Positions 1-8,986 of a DNA stretch of 64,000 nucleotides are shown piece after piece. Below the pieces are notes generated by a model, which was given only the letters and a program-made list of their open reading frames with translations, did no database searches and was not told the DNA's origin. Within the stretch, counting starts at the first letter, position 1. The number at the start of each line of letters is the position of its first letter. This DNA is from Planctomycetota bacterium (GTDB taxonomy: Bacteria > Planctomycetota > UBA8108 > SXIK01). The stretch covers positions 928,001 through 992,000 of the forward strand of contig OZ244999.1 of assembly GCA_965223265.1 (NCBI GenBank). Reading direction: 5' to 3'. Made by a program: the position numbers and the translations under genes.

Positions 1-407
1 TGCTTGCGGGCCGTCTCGATCATGCGCGAAGCGTCGCGGACGCTCAGCGCGACTGGTTTTTCGACGAGCACATGTTTGCCTGCACGCAGAGCCGCGATTG
101 CGGCGCGTGCGTGTAGGTAGGACGGCAGGCAGATGTCGACGACGTCGACGGTCTCGTCCGCGAGCAGATCCTCTAAGGTCGGGTGCACCGTGATGCCGTT
201 GAGAGAGACCGCATCCGCGCCGCTATCGAAGTTACCGCTAACACGTGAAAAGTCGCCGCGCGCCTTGCGAGGGTCGGTGGTCACTAGGGCGGTGACCCGA
301 CCGCCCCGCAGCTGCGCTGCGGCGGCTAGGTGGGTGAGCCCCATGAACCCCATTCCGACGATACCAATGCCAACGCCCGTGTTGTTCTTTTTTGCTCTTT
401 TCTTCAT
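1..407 (-). CDS. Gfo/Idh/MocA family oxidoreductase (N-terminal part; runs off window)
   Basis: Manual minus-strand translation from ATG at 407: MKKRAKK...IGIVGMGFMGLTH...VDVVDICLPSYLH...AGKHVLVEKP. This is a Rossmann GxGxxG plus the EKP motif. Not in the ORF track because it is truncated. Confidence 0.9.
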   Translation of the reverse strand, partial: MKKRAKKNNTGVGIGIVGMGFMGLTHLAAAAQLRGGRVTALVTTDPRKARGDFSRVSGNFDSGADAVSLNGITVHPTLEDLLADETVDVVDICLPSYLHARAAIAALRAGKHVLVEKPVALSVRDASRMIETARK

Positions 408-1271
408 GGTCTACGGCCGCGTCCCAAGGCACACACCTGAATTCTGGCGAACATGTGATGGACTCCTTTTCGCGTTCGGCTGATTCAAGCAGACGGCGCG
501 CGGAAAGTAAATGAAGCGCAGAATCGCGGTCGAGTTCATCTCACTGCTTTCGGCGCTGCCGCAACCCTTAACGACACCTGAAGTTGGTGCGTTGGTGGTT
601 ACCGTATTGGCAAAAAGGGGGTAGGAAGTTGGGCCTCTGGTGGTAGAATCGTGATCGTCGGTTGAAGGCAATCAGCCTGATTCAGGACTCTCCTTCTTCC
701 GGCATCCAGCTTACCTAACATCCTACCTCTGACCGCCGCGGCGATGCCCGTTCAAGCTCCTTTCGTAGGCGCTCTGGACGGTTTGTTCCTACAAAAGTTG
801 CTTTTCTTTTGGCAACTATTGTCTTAACTTTGGCGCATCTGCCTCCGTCTGAACCGCGCGGTTTCCACCCAAAACTCCCGTAAACTCGCCGAAAGCGTGC
901 TTGCCTGATTCGGTGCTTTGCAGCGCCGGAGGTTGGTGCGGCGATCGACTGGTTCCGCAAATTCCTGTTTGCGCTTTGTTCTTCGCCTTTCTGTCGAACC
1001 GCGGCCGACATGGTCGATTCATGTCCGCGATTTGACGAAAGCGCTTGACGTTCTTGATGTCTCGCTCGAATCGCTCGTCAGCCCGTGCAAGACGGTTGAC
1101 AACCTTAACTCGTGGGTGAGTGCGTTAGAAAAACGATTCGTTCGAATTCAGTTTGGTTCCGTTTGGGCCTTGCCTTCAGCAGCTGGTCTTGACTTGTGCT
1201 GACACCGATGAATTTGCTCGCCAGGGCAGGCTCCGTTTCCCTCTTTTTCTTCCCCCCGAGAGGTTGTATCC

Positions 1272-1925
1272 ATGTACTTCACCGAGAAACAACTTAGGAT
1301 CATGGAGTTCATTCAGCAGTTTCGTGCTGAACGGGGCATCTCCCCAACGCTCGAAGAAATCGCCGAGTTCTTTGGTGTCACGAAGATCACGATTTACGAG
1401 CACATCAATCAGCTTGAGCGCAAAGGCGCGCTGAAGCGCGAAAAGTTCAGAGCCCGCTCGATTGAACTGCTCGTTCCCGTCGAAGAGCGCTCGTCTCGTT
1501 TCTCGCTCCCGCTGATGGGAAATCTTCGCTACGGCGCGCCCATCGAGGCGGTTCAGGAGCGTGAGAATCTGAACATCGCCGACGTCTTTCCGGTCGGAAA
1601 GCGTTACTTCGTCCTGCGCGTTCGTGGTGACGAACTCGCTGGCGCTCAAATCGCGGATGGTGACTACGTGATCCTCGAGAAGCGTGAAGCGCCCCGCGAT
1701 GGCGAAACGATCATCGCTGTGCTCGAGAATGGCGAGGCAAGCCTCGGCAAGTTCTGCAACGGCAACGGCGATTACACTCTTCAGTCAATGGATGGAACCG
1801 CGAAGCTGCGCGCGATCAAGAGCGACGACATTCGTGGCGTCGTGATCGGCGTTCTCCGTCAGTTCTGTAACGGTTCGGGCCGTCCATCTGTCGAGAGTGG
1901 CGAGGCTTCTGCGAGCCAGGTCTAA
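1272..1925 (+). CDS. lexA: LexA-family repressor with degenerate self-cleavage residues
   Basis: N-terminal winged HTH (TEKQLRIMEFI...SPTLEEIAEFFG...HINQLERKG...RSIEL) and C-terminal S24-like domain (LRVRGD, I.DGDYVI, DGE.IIA, IRGVVIGVLR). GAGAGG RBS upstream. Confidence 0.88.
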   Translation: MYFTEKQLRIMEFIQQFRAERGISPTLEEIAEFFGVTKITIYEHINQLERKGALKREKFRARSIELLVPVEERSSRFSLPLMGNLRYGAPIEAVQERENLNIADVFPVGKRYFVLRVRGDELAGAQIADGDYVILEKREAPRDGETIIAVLENGEASLGKFCNGNGDYTLQSMDGTAKLRAIKSDDIRGVVIGVLRQFCNGSGRPSVESGEASASQV

Positions 1926-1956
1926 CAGCCCTCGGCAACCTTCAGCCGCACGATAC

Positions 1957-1983
1957 ACCCGCTCTTTCCGAGCGGGTCTTTTT
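1957..1983 (+). terminator. Rho-independent terminator after lexA
   Basis: ACCCGCTC-tttcc-GAGCGGGT 8-bp stem followed by CTTTTT. Confidence 0.7.
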
Positions 1984-2348
1984 ATGTCGTGGTCGCGTCC
2001 AGCCGCTCACGACGCCGTCTCCCAGGTCGGCAGGCGATGGTGAGGAGACGTTGGATTCGGGAACGGAAGTGTGCGGTGCTCACCGAAGACGGTATAACAA
2101 GGCATCCTGAGGCTCTCTTCAGGAGCCGGTTTTGCTGTTGACGACTTGGTGAAAAAACTCTACGAGTCGAAAACCGTCCTCTTTGCGGGCAGGTACGCGC
2201 CGGCAAGTGTCAGCAATCTCCGGCCGTTACTTCTTTTTATGACCTGACGAGTCGTGCGAACAGTGATGTGATTGAGCTGGGCGTACGGACGGGCCATTTC
2301 TCGGGGGGTTGACTCTTTATCATCGGACTGTTATGCGAAGTCCATGGA

Positions 2349-3907
2349 TGAACTCGGCGGCCGCGCGGCGACCGACGGACCTCAGGGCACTCGTCGTCAG
2401 TGCGACGGCGCTCGGTTTCTTGCTCGCAGTGCTCGGCGTCGTGCTGCTTTCAACTCGACCGCGGGCCTCGTCTGGAACGGCTGCGAAGATCGTCCCGGCG
2501 TCGGATGCGTCGACGCCATCGACACCGGACAATCCTCTCACGTCGCATTCAGAGGCTGCCGAGCTTGCTCCAGTCGGCGGCCGCGCGGCGACTGATCTCA
2601 GTGATCCGTTTGCCCAGGGGCCCGCCGCAACGCGCTTGCTCGAGACGGCGCCTGCAGCTGATGCGACCACGGCGCAAGCCGTCGATGCGTCGCGATCGAC
2701 GCGGGTCACCTCAGCCGCCAAAACGGAGCCTCCATCTCCTCCGCCCCAGCCTCAGACGGAGCCGATCTCCCCGACAGCGATCTCCGCCGCGGCGCAACCG
2801 CTCGGCGAGTTCTTCGCGCTGCAGCCTCGACTGTCGCGCTGGCTTCTATTGACCTCCGAGTCCTGTTCGCCTCTCGAGGTGTGCGCTTTTCTCCACGATC
2901 CTGATTCGGTGCTGCGTCGCATGGCGGTCGCTGCGGCCGCTGAGCGCATGACTTCCACGCCGGGCGGGGACTCTGTGTCGAGAGACCCTGTGCCGAGCGA
3001 TGGCCTTGTCGACCGCGCCGGCGAAAATTCTGCGGATGACCTTGCAGTACTCTTGCGGCTCTGCGTCGATCCCGCCGTAGGCCGGGAACTGCCGACGTCG
3101 CTTCAAAGCTTGGTGACTCGCCATGGCAACTCGCGGCGACTTGACGTAGAGACGGCCGACGCTGTCGTTCACCGAGCGTTGAGCCGATTGGAAAGGAGTT
3201 TCGGCCGCTTACGTCGAGAATCGACACTCGACGCGTGGCTGCGACAAGGCGGAGCGATGGCAGCAGACGTCGCTCTTCTCCTGGATGTCTCGAAGAGCAT
3301 GGGGCCCCATCTCCCTGCGCTACGCTCTCAGCTGAGCTGGTTGTGGCCGGCGCTCGAGTGGGGGGGCGTTGACGTGCGCCTGGGAATCCTGGCCTACCGC
3401 GATTCTGTTGTCGGTGAATTCTGTTTTGACCTGGCTCCTCGCCAGCAGCTTGAGGGGCTCGAGGCGTTCAGTGCAGAGGGCGGCGGCGACGTGCCGGAGG
3501 GTGTCCACGTAGCTCTGCGCGCAGCCCTATCGCTTCGCTTGTGCCCGTGGCGTGAAGACACAGTTGGCGTCGCGAAGAACGTGGTCGTGGTCGGCGATGC
3601 GCCGCCGCCATACATTCAACAAACGCCTTTGGTCCGTGTCGTCGAGGCGGCACGTCAGCAGGCAGGCTTTCGTGTGCATGCACTGGGGCTTGAACCGGAA
3701 CCAGAGCAGCGGAGTCTCGCGTTTTTCACTGCCTTGGCGAGCGCTGGCGGCGGGCGAAGCGTCGTCTTGCCAGCTGCCGACGCGTTTTCGCGTGAACTGC
3801 TTCGGTGTCTCTGGCCGGCAGCACCTCAGCAGGAGCTTGAAGAGTTTCTCAAAGCGCTCAAAGCTGTGGAATCGGTCCTCGCGACTTTGCACCCTAACGG
3901 TCGCTGA
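2349..3907 (+). CDS. Membrane-anchored VWA domain protein
   Basis: N-terminal TM helix, Pro/Ala/Thr linker, MIDAS DVSKS, GGGDVPE and VGDAPP motifs. Start moved to ATG 2349; the TTG at 2309 looks like a -35 TTGACT. Confidence 0.8.
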
Positions 3908-4294
3908 AAATGGGAGACCACGGTCAGTTACGTAACTTCTGGTGGTGGCTCGTCGCATCGGGCGCCCCATTGCAAATCGCTCCGACGAGTGATACGTTTT
4001 AAGCTTAACCTTCTCATCATCTTGCCTGTACTTGGGATCAGGACGCTGCGATTCTTACAACCGCTCGCGCACTATCTGGATGCTGGCGTTTTTTGGGTTT
4101 CGTTCAGTTACCGGGTAGATCCAGTTCAGGCGCCCTGTACCTTCCCGTCTCACAATTCGATTCCTAACTGAGAACATTCTACGTAAGAAGCAGTGTGGCT
4201 CACCACGAGTCTTCCGTGGGCTCGTGTGCCGCATTTATGAAGCAAGTAATCGCCCTCCCAAAAGTCACATGTCGGTGAGGGCGTTCAAGGAGGA

Positions 4295-5053
4295 ATGACA
4301 ATGTCCTTTGCCCGTCCGGGGGTGTCCCTCGTCTGCGTGCTAGGGTTTTTGGTCGTGTTTTTTGGTGGTTGCGCTGCCCCCGACCGCATCGAGCCGCCTG
4401 CCTACGAGGACGACTTCGGTACCGCAATCGACTACTCCGACGAGATCACCGAGGATAGCGTCTCGCAGCACTCGATGCTCCATCGGCGAGCTCAGTTCGA
4501 TCTCTCGGTCGGCCCAGTATTTCCGCTCGACTCGAACTTCGACCCGGGTGTGGGCGCTGGCGGTAAGTTCGGCATCGAGGTGTTCAAGAATCTGTTCATG
4601 GGTGCCAACGTCAGTTGGTCTCACCACGATGCGGGTGGATCCGGCGACCTGGGAGGTCGTGAAGCTGGCGAGCTGTACGACAACTTCGACCGTTTTAACT
4701 TCATGGCTCAGTTCGACTACGATATTCCGATTGGAGACGTACCCTCGAGTGTTCCAGGGTCGATGGCAGTGCGCCTCGGGTTGGGCGCCGGTCTTACTCT
4801 GGTCACGGGTGAGGAAGACGATAGCGATTTTCAGAGCTTTGAGCTCGAAGAGTTCTACGGATTTGTGTTGCGCCCAGCAGCGGAGTTTCGTTACCGCGTT
4901 TGGGAGGGCGGGCACCTGTTCGCGAGCTTGAGCTACGATTTCGTGCCGCAGAATCGCATTGACATCACCTTCGCCGGGGATCGCCGTGAGGTCGACGACG
5001 ATATCGAATTCGACTCCGTGAACCTCGGTTTCGGATTCGCGTTTGAATGGTAG
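4295..5053 (+). CDS. Outer-membrane beta-barrel protein with lipoprotein-like signal
   Basis: AGGAGG RBS, hydrophobic signal ending FGGC, alternating amphipathic strands, C-terminal GFGFAFEW beta-signal. Confidence 0.75.
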   Translation: MTMSFARPGVSLVCVLGFLVVFFGGCAAPDRIEPPAYEDDFGTAIDYSDEITEDSVSQHSMLHRRAQFDLSVGPVFPLDSNFDPGVGAGGKFGIEVFKNLFMGANVSWSHHDAGGSGDLGGREAGELYDNFDRFNFMAQFDYDIPIGDVPSSVPGSMAVRLGLGAGLTLVTGEEDDSDFQSFELEEFYGFVLRPAAEFRYRVWEGGHLFASLSYDFVPQNRIDITFAGDRREVDDDIEFDSVNLGFGFAFEW

Positions 5054-5262
5054 GAGATTGGCAGTCTCGCCATTGGCTGGTTGGCAGCTGATGGCCCAAG
5101 CTCATTTGGAGCACGGAGCTGCCTCCTACGCACTCTTCGCAGCGAACGCGCGGACGGGGATGCCGTCCGCGTAGGTGGTGGAAAATCAGGGGCAACGATG
5201 GGTAAGATACTCGGCGACACGGCGGTGGTGCCGTGATGGATGCGACGCTGTGGAGATGTTCT

Positions 5263-5718
5263 ATGCACAGGGACTTTCCGGGAATCGATGCCGGTAGGAA
5301 TCCCTCGAGGCCGGGCCACGACAAGAGCTCTCAGGCTTTGGCCATTCTCTTGGAAGCTCGAGAGCGGCTTCTCGAGCAGATGGCGGACGAAATCGTTTCG
5401 CATCGGGAAGAACTTCTAGGTGCCTCAGGTGAGGCCGGTATGTTCAGTTTCGAGCTGCAAGAGATCGAAGATCGCTACAGCGCTCGGCTGACGGCGCTCA
5501 ACGCCCTTGTCGAAAACCTCGAGTACCGTCAGCCGCAAGTGGATCACCGCGTTGAGACCGCGGAGACGACTCTCGCTGGCGTCCAACAGAGTCTGGAGCG
5601 GATCCTACGCCGTAGCGAGAGCTGGGATTTGGTCGACTTTGAGGTCGTACGTCTCGAAGACGACCGCGTGTTTTTGGTCACCGTCCTGGCGCGCGACGAG
5701 CCGCCAGAAGACGACTGA
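5263..5718 (+). CDS. Hypothetical protein (helical, acidic)
   Basis: Open frame with genome-typical codon usage; GGAG upstream of ATG 5263; no recognised motif. Confidence 0.6.
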   Translation: MHRDFPGIDAGRNPSRPGHDKSSQALAILLEARERLLEQMADEIVSHREELLGASGEAGMFSFELQEIEDRYSARLTALNALVENLEYRQPQVDHRVETAETTLAGVQQSLERILRRSESWDLVDFEVVRLEDDRVFLVTVLARDEPPEDD

Positions 5719-5864
5719 GAGATTCGCGCACGCCGTCTGTCGGCAGAGCTGCGCTGCTAAGAAACCGGCCGCCTCACTCCCAGTTCTCGCCTCGACGTGA
5801 TTCTTCAGGCCGCCTTTGAAAGGCGAGAGGAGCCCGCTGGGCTAGGCGACTGGGTCACTGGAGG

Positions 5865-6674
5865 CTAGTGTTTGCCGCGAGCCCGCTCTTTCGCTGGGAG
5901 GATTTCGAGACAGGTCGTCCACCAGCCAGTGAGAATTGTTTCGACGAACTCACCGGGCAGTCCCTCCGCGACCATCTCATCCGCGAGGCGGCGGTAGTCG
6001 TACTCAAGTGCGACAAACTCGATTTCAAGACGCTCCGCGAGAGGTGTCTCCGCGGCTGCTGGTTTGGGAGTCACCACAGTGTACCAGACGTTCTGGGCGC
6101 CGTCGTTTTCGGGGCGACCGATGACGCCGACGTTAACGAAGATGCGTCCAGAAGGTAGCACCCTCTTCCACTTGATCCCGGTATGCGTCACGAAAATGAC
6201 GTCGGCGTCGTGAGCGTCGAACAGCTTCTCAAGAAACTGATCTGGCGTTGTACTCTCCCAGAGGAACTCGTTGATTCTGCGCGGCGAGCCGTGACAGACG
6301 AGACAGCGGACACCGCCCGCCTCGAACCGAATGACGTCGGGAAGCTTCCCGAGCCAGCTCTTGTTGGCAGCTGACGTGTTTCGGAAAGTGTACAGATAGC
6401 TTTCTCGCGCGAAGAAGTTGTCGCGCGGGTCTGTATAGCCGCACTGGCAGTCATCCAGTCCCCGTGCGAGAGAATCGTCGTAGTTGCCTTTGAGAGTGAC
6501 GACCCCACGCTGGCGTAGGAGGGGAAACACACGGTCTGGATGTGGGCCGAATGCGCCGAGGTCGCCGAGGCACACGAGCTGTTCGACGCCGCGCTCTGTC
6601 GCATCTTGAATGACGCTCTCGAGCGCGACGTGATTTGAGTAGACGCCGCCGAAAAGCGCGAATGGTCGTTCCAT
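5865..6674 (-). CDS. Calcineurin-like metallophosphoesterase
   Basis: GGVYSN, CLGD, KGNYD, DCQCGY, CHGSP, THTG, NVG motifs; start moved to ATG 6674 (MERPFALFGG). Confidence 0.85.
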   Translation of the reverse strand: MERPFALFGGVYSNHVALESVIQDATERGVEQLVCLGDLGAFGPHPDRVFPLLRQRGVVTLKGNYDDSLARGLDDCQCGYTDPRDNFFARESYLYTFRNTSAANKSWLGKLPDVIRFEAGGVRCLVCHGSPRRINEFLWESTTPDQFLEKLFDAHDADVIFVTHTGIKWKRVLPSGRIFVNVGVIGRPENDGAQNVWYTVVTPKPAAAETPLAERLEIEFVALEYDYRRLADEMVAEGLPGEFVETILTGWWTTCLEILPAKERARGKH

Positions 6675-6697
6675 GGGAGAGAGCGAGAAGTTTACGG

Positions 6698-7588
6698 TCA
6701 TCGATCTGTTGGGGAAAGCGCCGCGCCCGCATTTGAACAGATCGTGCCGTAGAGATAGCACGTGAAGCAGGCGTTCTCTCGCAGCTGAAAGGGTGCGTTT
6801 GCTTCGTCCAGCGTTTTGCCGAGATGGGCGCCGTCCTTTTCGACGAGGATCGGGCAGACGGCCACGCCGCGGTCGGTCACGATGCGGCTGTGGTGACACA
6901 GCAGGTGGTCGAGGTCGAATTCGCTCAGCATCTCCTGACTCACGCGCTCGTCGTCCGAGTAGCCGCGGCTACGGCTTTCTTCCATTCCGAGGTGAATCGT
7001 CGGCAGAATTTTGATTCGAGGCCGATCGTAGCCTGCCGCTGTGAGGGTGTCGACGAAGCGTTCGAATACCGCCGGTGTTTCACGTTCTGCCCAGGTTTGT
7101 GTCACAGTGATGATAGGCAAGAAACCGTTTTGCGTCAGCAGACCGACCCCGCGCATCGCCGCGTCGAATGTGCCGCGTCCGCGGATAGGGTCGTTCATCT
7201 CCGCGCTGTAGCCGTCGATGCTGACGCGGAATTCGAGAGAGTAGCGGCTCTCTTGCGCCGTTTTCGCGAGGCCCTCAACGAGCCGAGGAGTGAAGACGGT
7301 GCCGTTCGTCAGCACGGTCGCCGGCCCGTAGGCGAGAGTCTTCTCCAAGATGCGGGGCAGGTCCTTGTTGAGAAACGGCTCACCCCCAGTGAAGTAGTAC
7401 TCTTTGACACCGAGACCCAGGGAATCGTCAAGGTGCCGACAGACGGTGTCGTAGTCGAGAAAGCCGAAAGTGTCGTTACCTGGATGGCAGCTGATGAAGC
7501 AGTGGTGGCAAGAGAGGTTGCAGAGAGTGCCTCCAACTTGAAACCAAAGTTCGTCAAGGTCGCGTAGTGCGACGCTCGGGGCAGTCAT
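6698..7588 (-). CDS. Radical SAM protein (resembles ArsS-neighbourhood families)
   Basis: CNLSCHHC (CxxxCxxC), FTGGEP, LTNG, VSIDG, Cys-rich C-terminus CFTC...C. Confidence 0.9.
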   Translation of the reverse strand: MTAPSVALRDLDELWFQVGGTLCNLSCHHCFISCHPGNDTFGFLDYDTVCRHLDDSLGLGVKEYYFTGGEPFLNKDLPRILEKTLAYGPATVLTNGTVFTPRLVEGLAKTAQESRYSLEFRVSIDGYSAEMNDPIRGRGTFDAAMRGVGLLTQNGFLPIITVTQTWAERETPAVFERFVDTLTAAGYDRPRIKILPTIHLGMEESRSRGYSDDERVSQEMLSEFDLDHLLCHHSRIVTDRGVAVCPILVEKDGAHLGKTLDEANAPFQLRENACFTCYLYGTICSNAGAALSPTDR

Positions 7589-7699
7589 GGTTAGCCTCGA
7601 GGTTTGGCAAGTTCGAAAAGAACTCCGCCGAGGTACTTCGTGAGGCTGCGACGAAAACGACTCCTGTCAACGCCGCGGCGGCTGACGCTACGATGTGGA

Positions 7700-8986
7700 T
7701 CATTCACGACGATTCTTTTCCTCGGATCGATAAAGGTCAAGATCGCCATCTCCAGTCAGCAAACGAAAAACGTCTCGGATCTGTTCCCAGCCGAGACGCA
7801 GGAGGAAGTCATTACGTCTGCCGTAACTCTTGTGACCGAGGATGAAGAACCCGGGTTCAGGGTTCTTGAGCGACTCGGCGCCGTGACTCGATTGCGTCAA
7901 GCAGTCGCCGCCCACGCCTCCGCCCGTCTTCAGGAGACTAACCGCAAGCTGCATCGGTCCTTCCGAGGCGTAGCATTGGTGGACCTGGAGCTCGCGATAG
8001 AGATCGATGTTGGGGCGGAAACCGCAATGTACAAGGATGCGGTCGACCGTCTCCGACTCTCGGACGCTGCCGCCGTCTACCGGCCGAAAGAGGACCTTCA
8101 GCCGCCCGCCGACCCTCTCGACGCCGCGCACCGCGACCCCTGTCAGAAGGGTCGCCTGCGAAGCAGGTTCGGCCGCGATATGGTTGGCCGCTGCCGCGAG
8201 TGCGGCACGTGCCTCGAGAGGGTCGCCGGGATATCGCGGCAAAGGGTCGGGGCCGCTCGACTTGCGCGACCAGACGAACTGCGTGTCGGGAGCCTCTTCG
8301 CAAAGCTTGGCTAAGTCGACCACGGCAGTCGCAGCGCTGAAGCCGTCGCCGACAACGAGAGTGCGTCGACCGCGAAACGCGTCGCGTGCTGCGCCGAGAA
8401 CGTCGACGCACTGGTAGCTCACGGGCGACGAAGCCGAGCTGTCCTCGCCGCGTTGCTCGTAGAAAGCGCGCTCGCCGACCGCGAACACCCCACCGTCGCC
8501 CATGACGGCCGGCGTGCCGTAGACCCCGGAAGTGTCGAGGACGACATCGGCAGATGCCTCTGTTTCGCCGTCGGGTGTTTTCAGGAGCAGCCGAAATGGT
8601 GAGCTGGCGCGTCTCCTTCCGGCGATGTTCTGACCCTTCGTCAAGCCGAATTTGCCGATACCAGACACTTCCGTGCGATCGACGAACGCGTCGCCTAGAG
8701 ACTCGGTGAGTGGTTGGAGATACTGCTCGACGAGCTCCCGCCCAAGGGGATGAGCTGACGGATCCGGCAACGATCGACCGACCGATCGAAGACAGGCGAG
8801 ACCGAGCTGGGAGGCGTTCATGCGCCACGGAGTGAACAAGCGGACGAAGCCCCAGCTGCGGACGTGAGCGGCGCTGCCTTCACCGCGTTCGTAGACGACC
8901 ACAGGAAAGCCAAGTTGGCGCGCGTAGATTGCTGCCTCGATGCCGACCGGACCGCCACCGACGATTGCAATCCGTGGCTTCGTCAA
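7700..8986 (-). CDS. FAD/NAD(P)H-dependent oxidoreductase / flavin monooxygenase
   Basis: GGGPVG FAD motif, GDGFSA NAD(P) motif, C-terminal HQCYASEGP...DCL...PEPGFFILGHKSYGR..FLL..G.EQ. Confidence 0.85.
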   Translation of the reverse strand: MTKPRIAIVGGGPVGIEAAIYARQLGFPVVVYERGEGSAAHVRSWGFVRLFTPWRMNASQLGLACLRSVGRSLPDPSAHPLGRELVEQYLQPLTESLGDAFVDRTEVSGIGKFGLTKGQNIAGRRRASSPFRLLLKTPDGETEASADVVLDTSGVYGTPAVMGDGGVFAVGERAFYEQRGEDSSASSPVSYQCVDVLGAARDAFRGRRTLVVGDGFSAATAVVDLAKLCEEAPDTQFVWSRKSSGPDPLPRYPGDPLEARAALAAAANHIAAEPASQATLLTGVAVRGVERVGGRLKVLFRPVDGGSVRESETVDRILVHCGFRPNIDLYRELQVHQCYASEGPMQLAVSLLKTGGGVGGDCLTQSSHGAESLKNPEPGFFILGHKSYGRRNDFLLRLGWEQIRDVFRLLTGDGDLDLYRSEEKNRRE

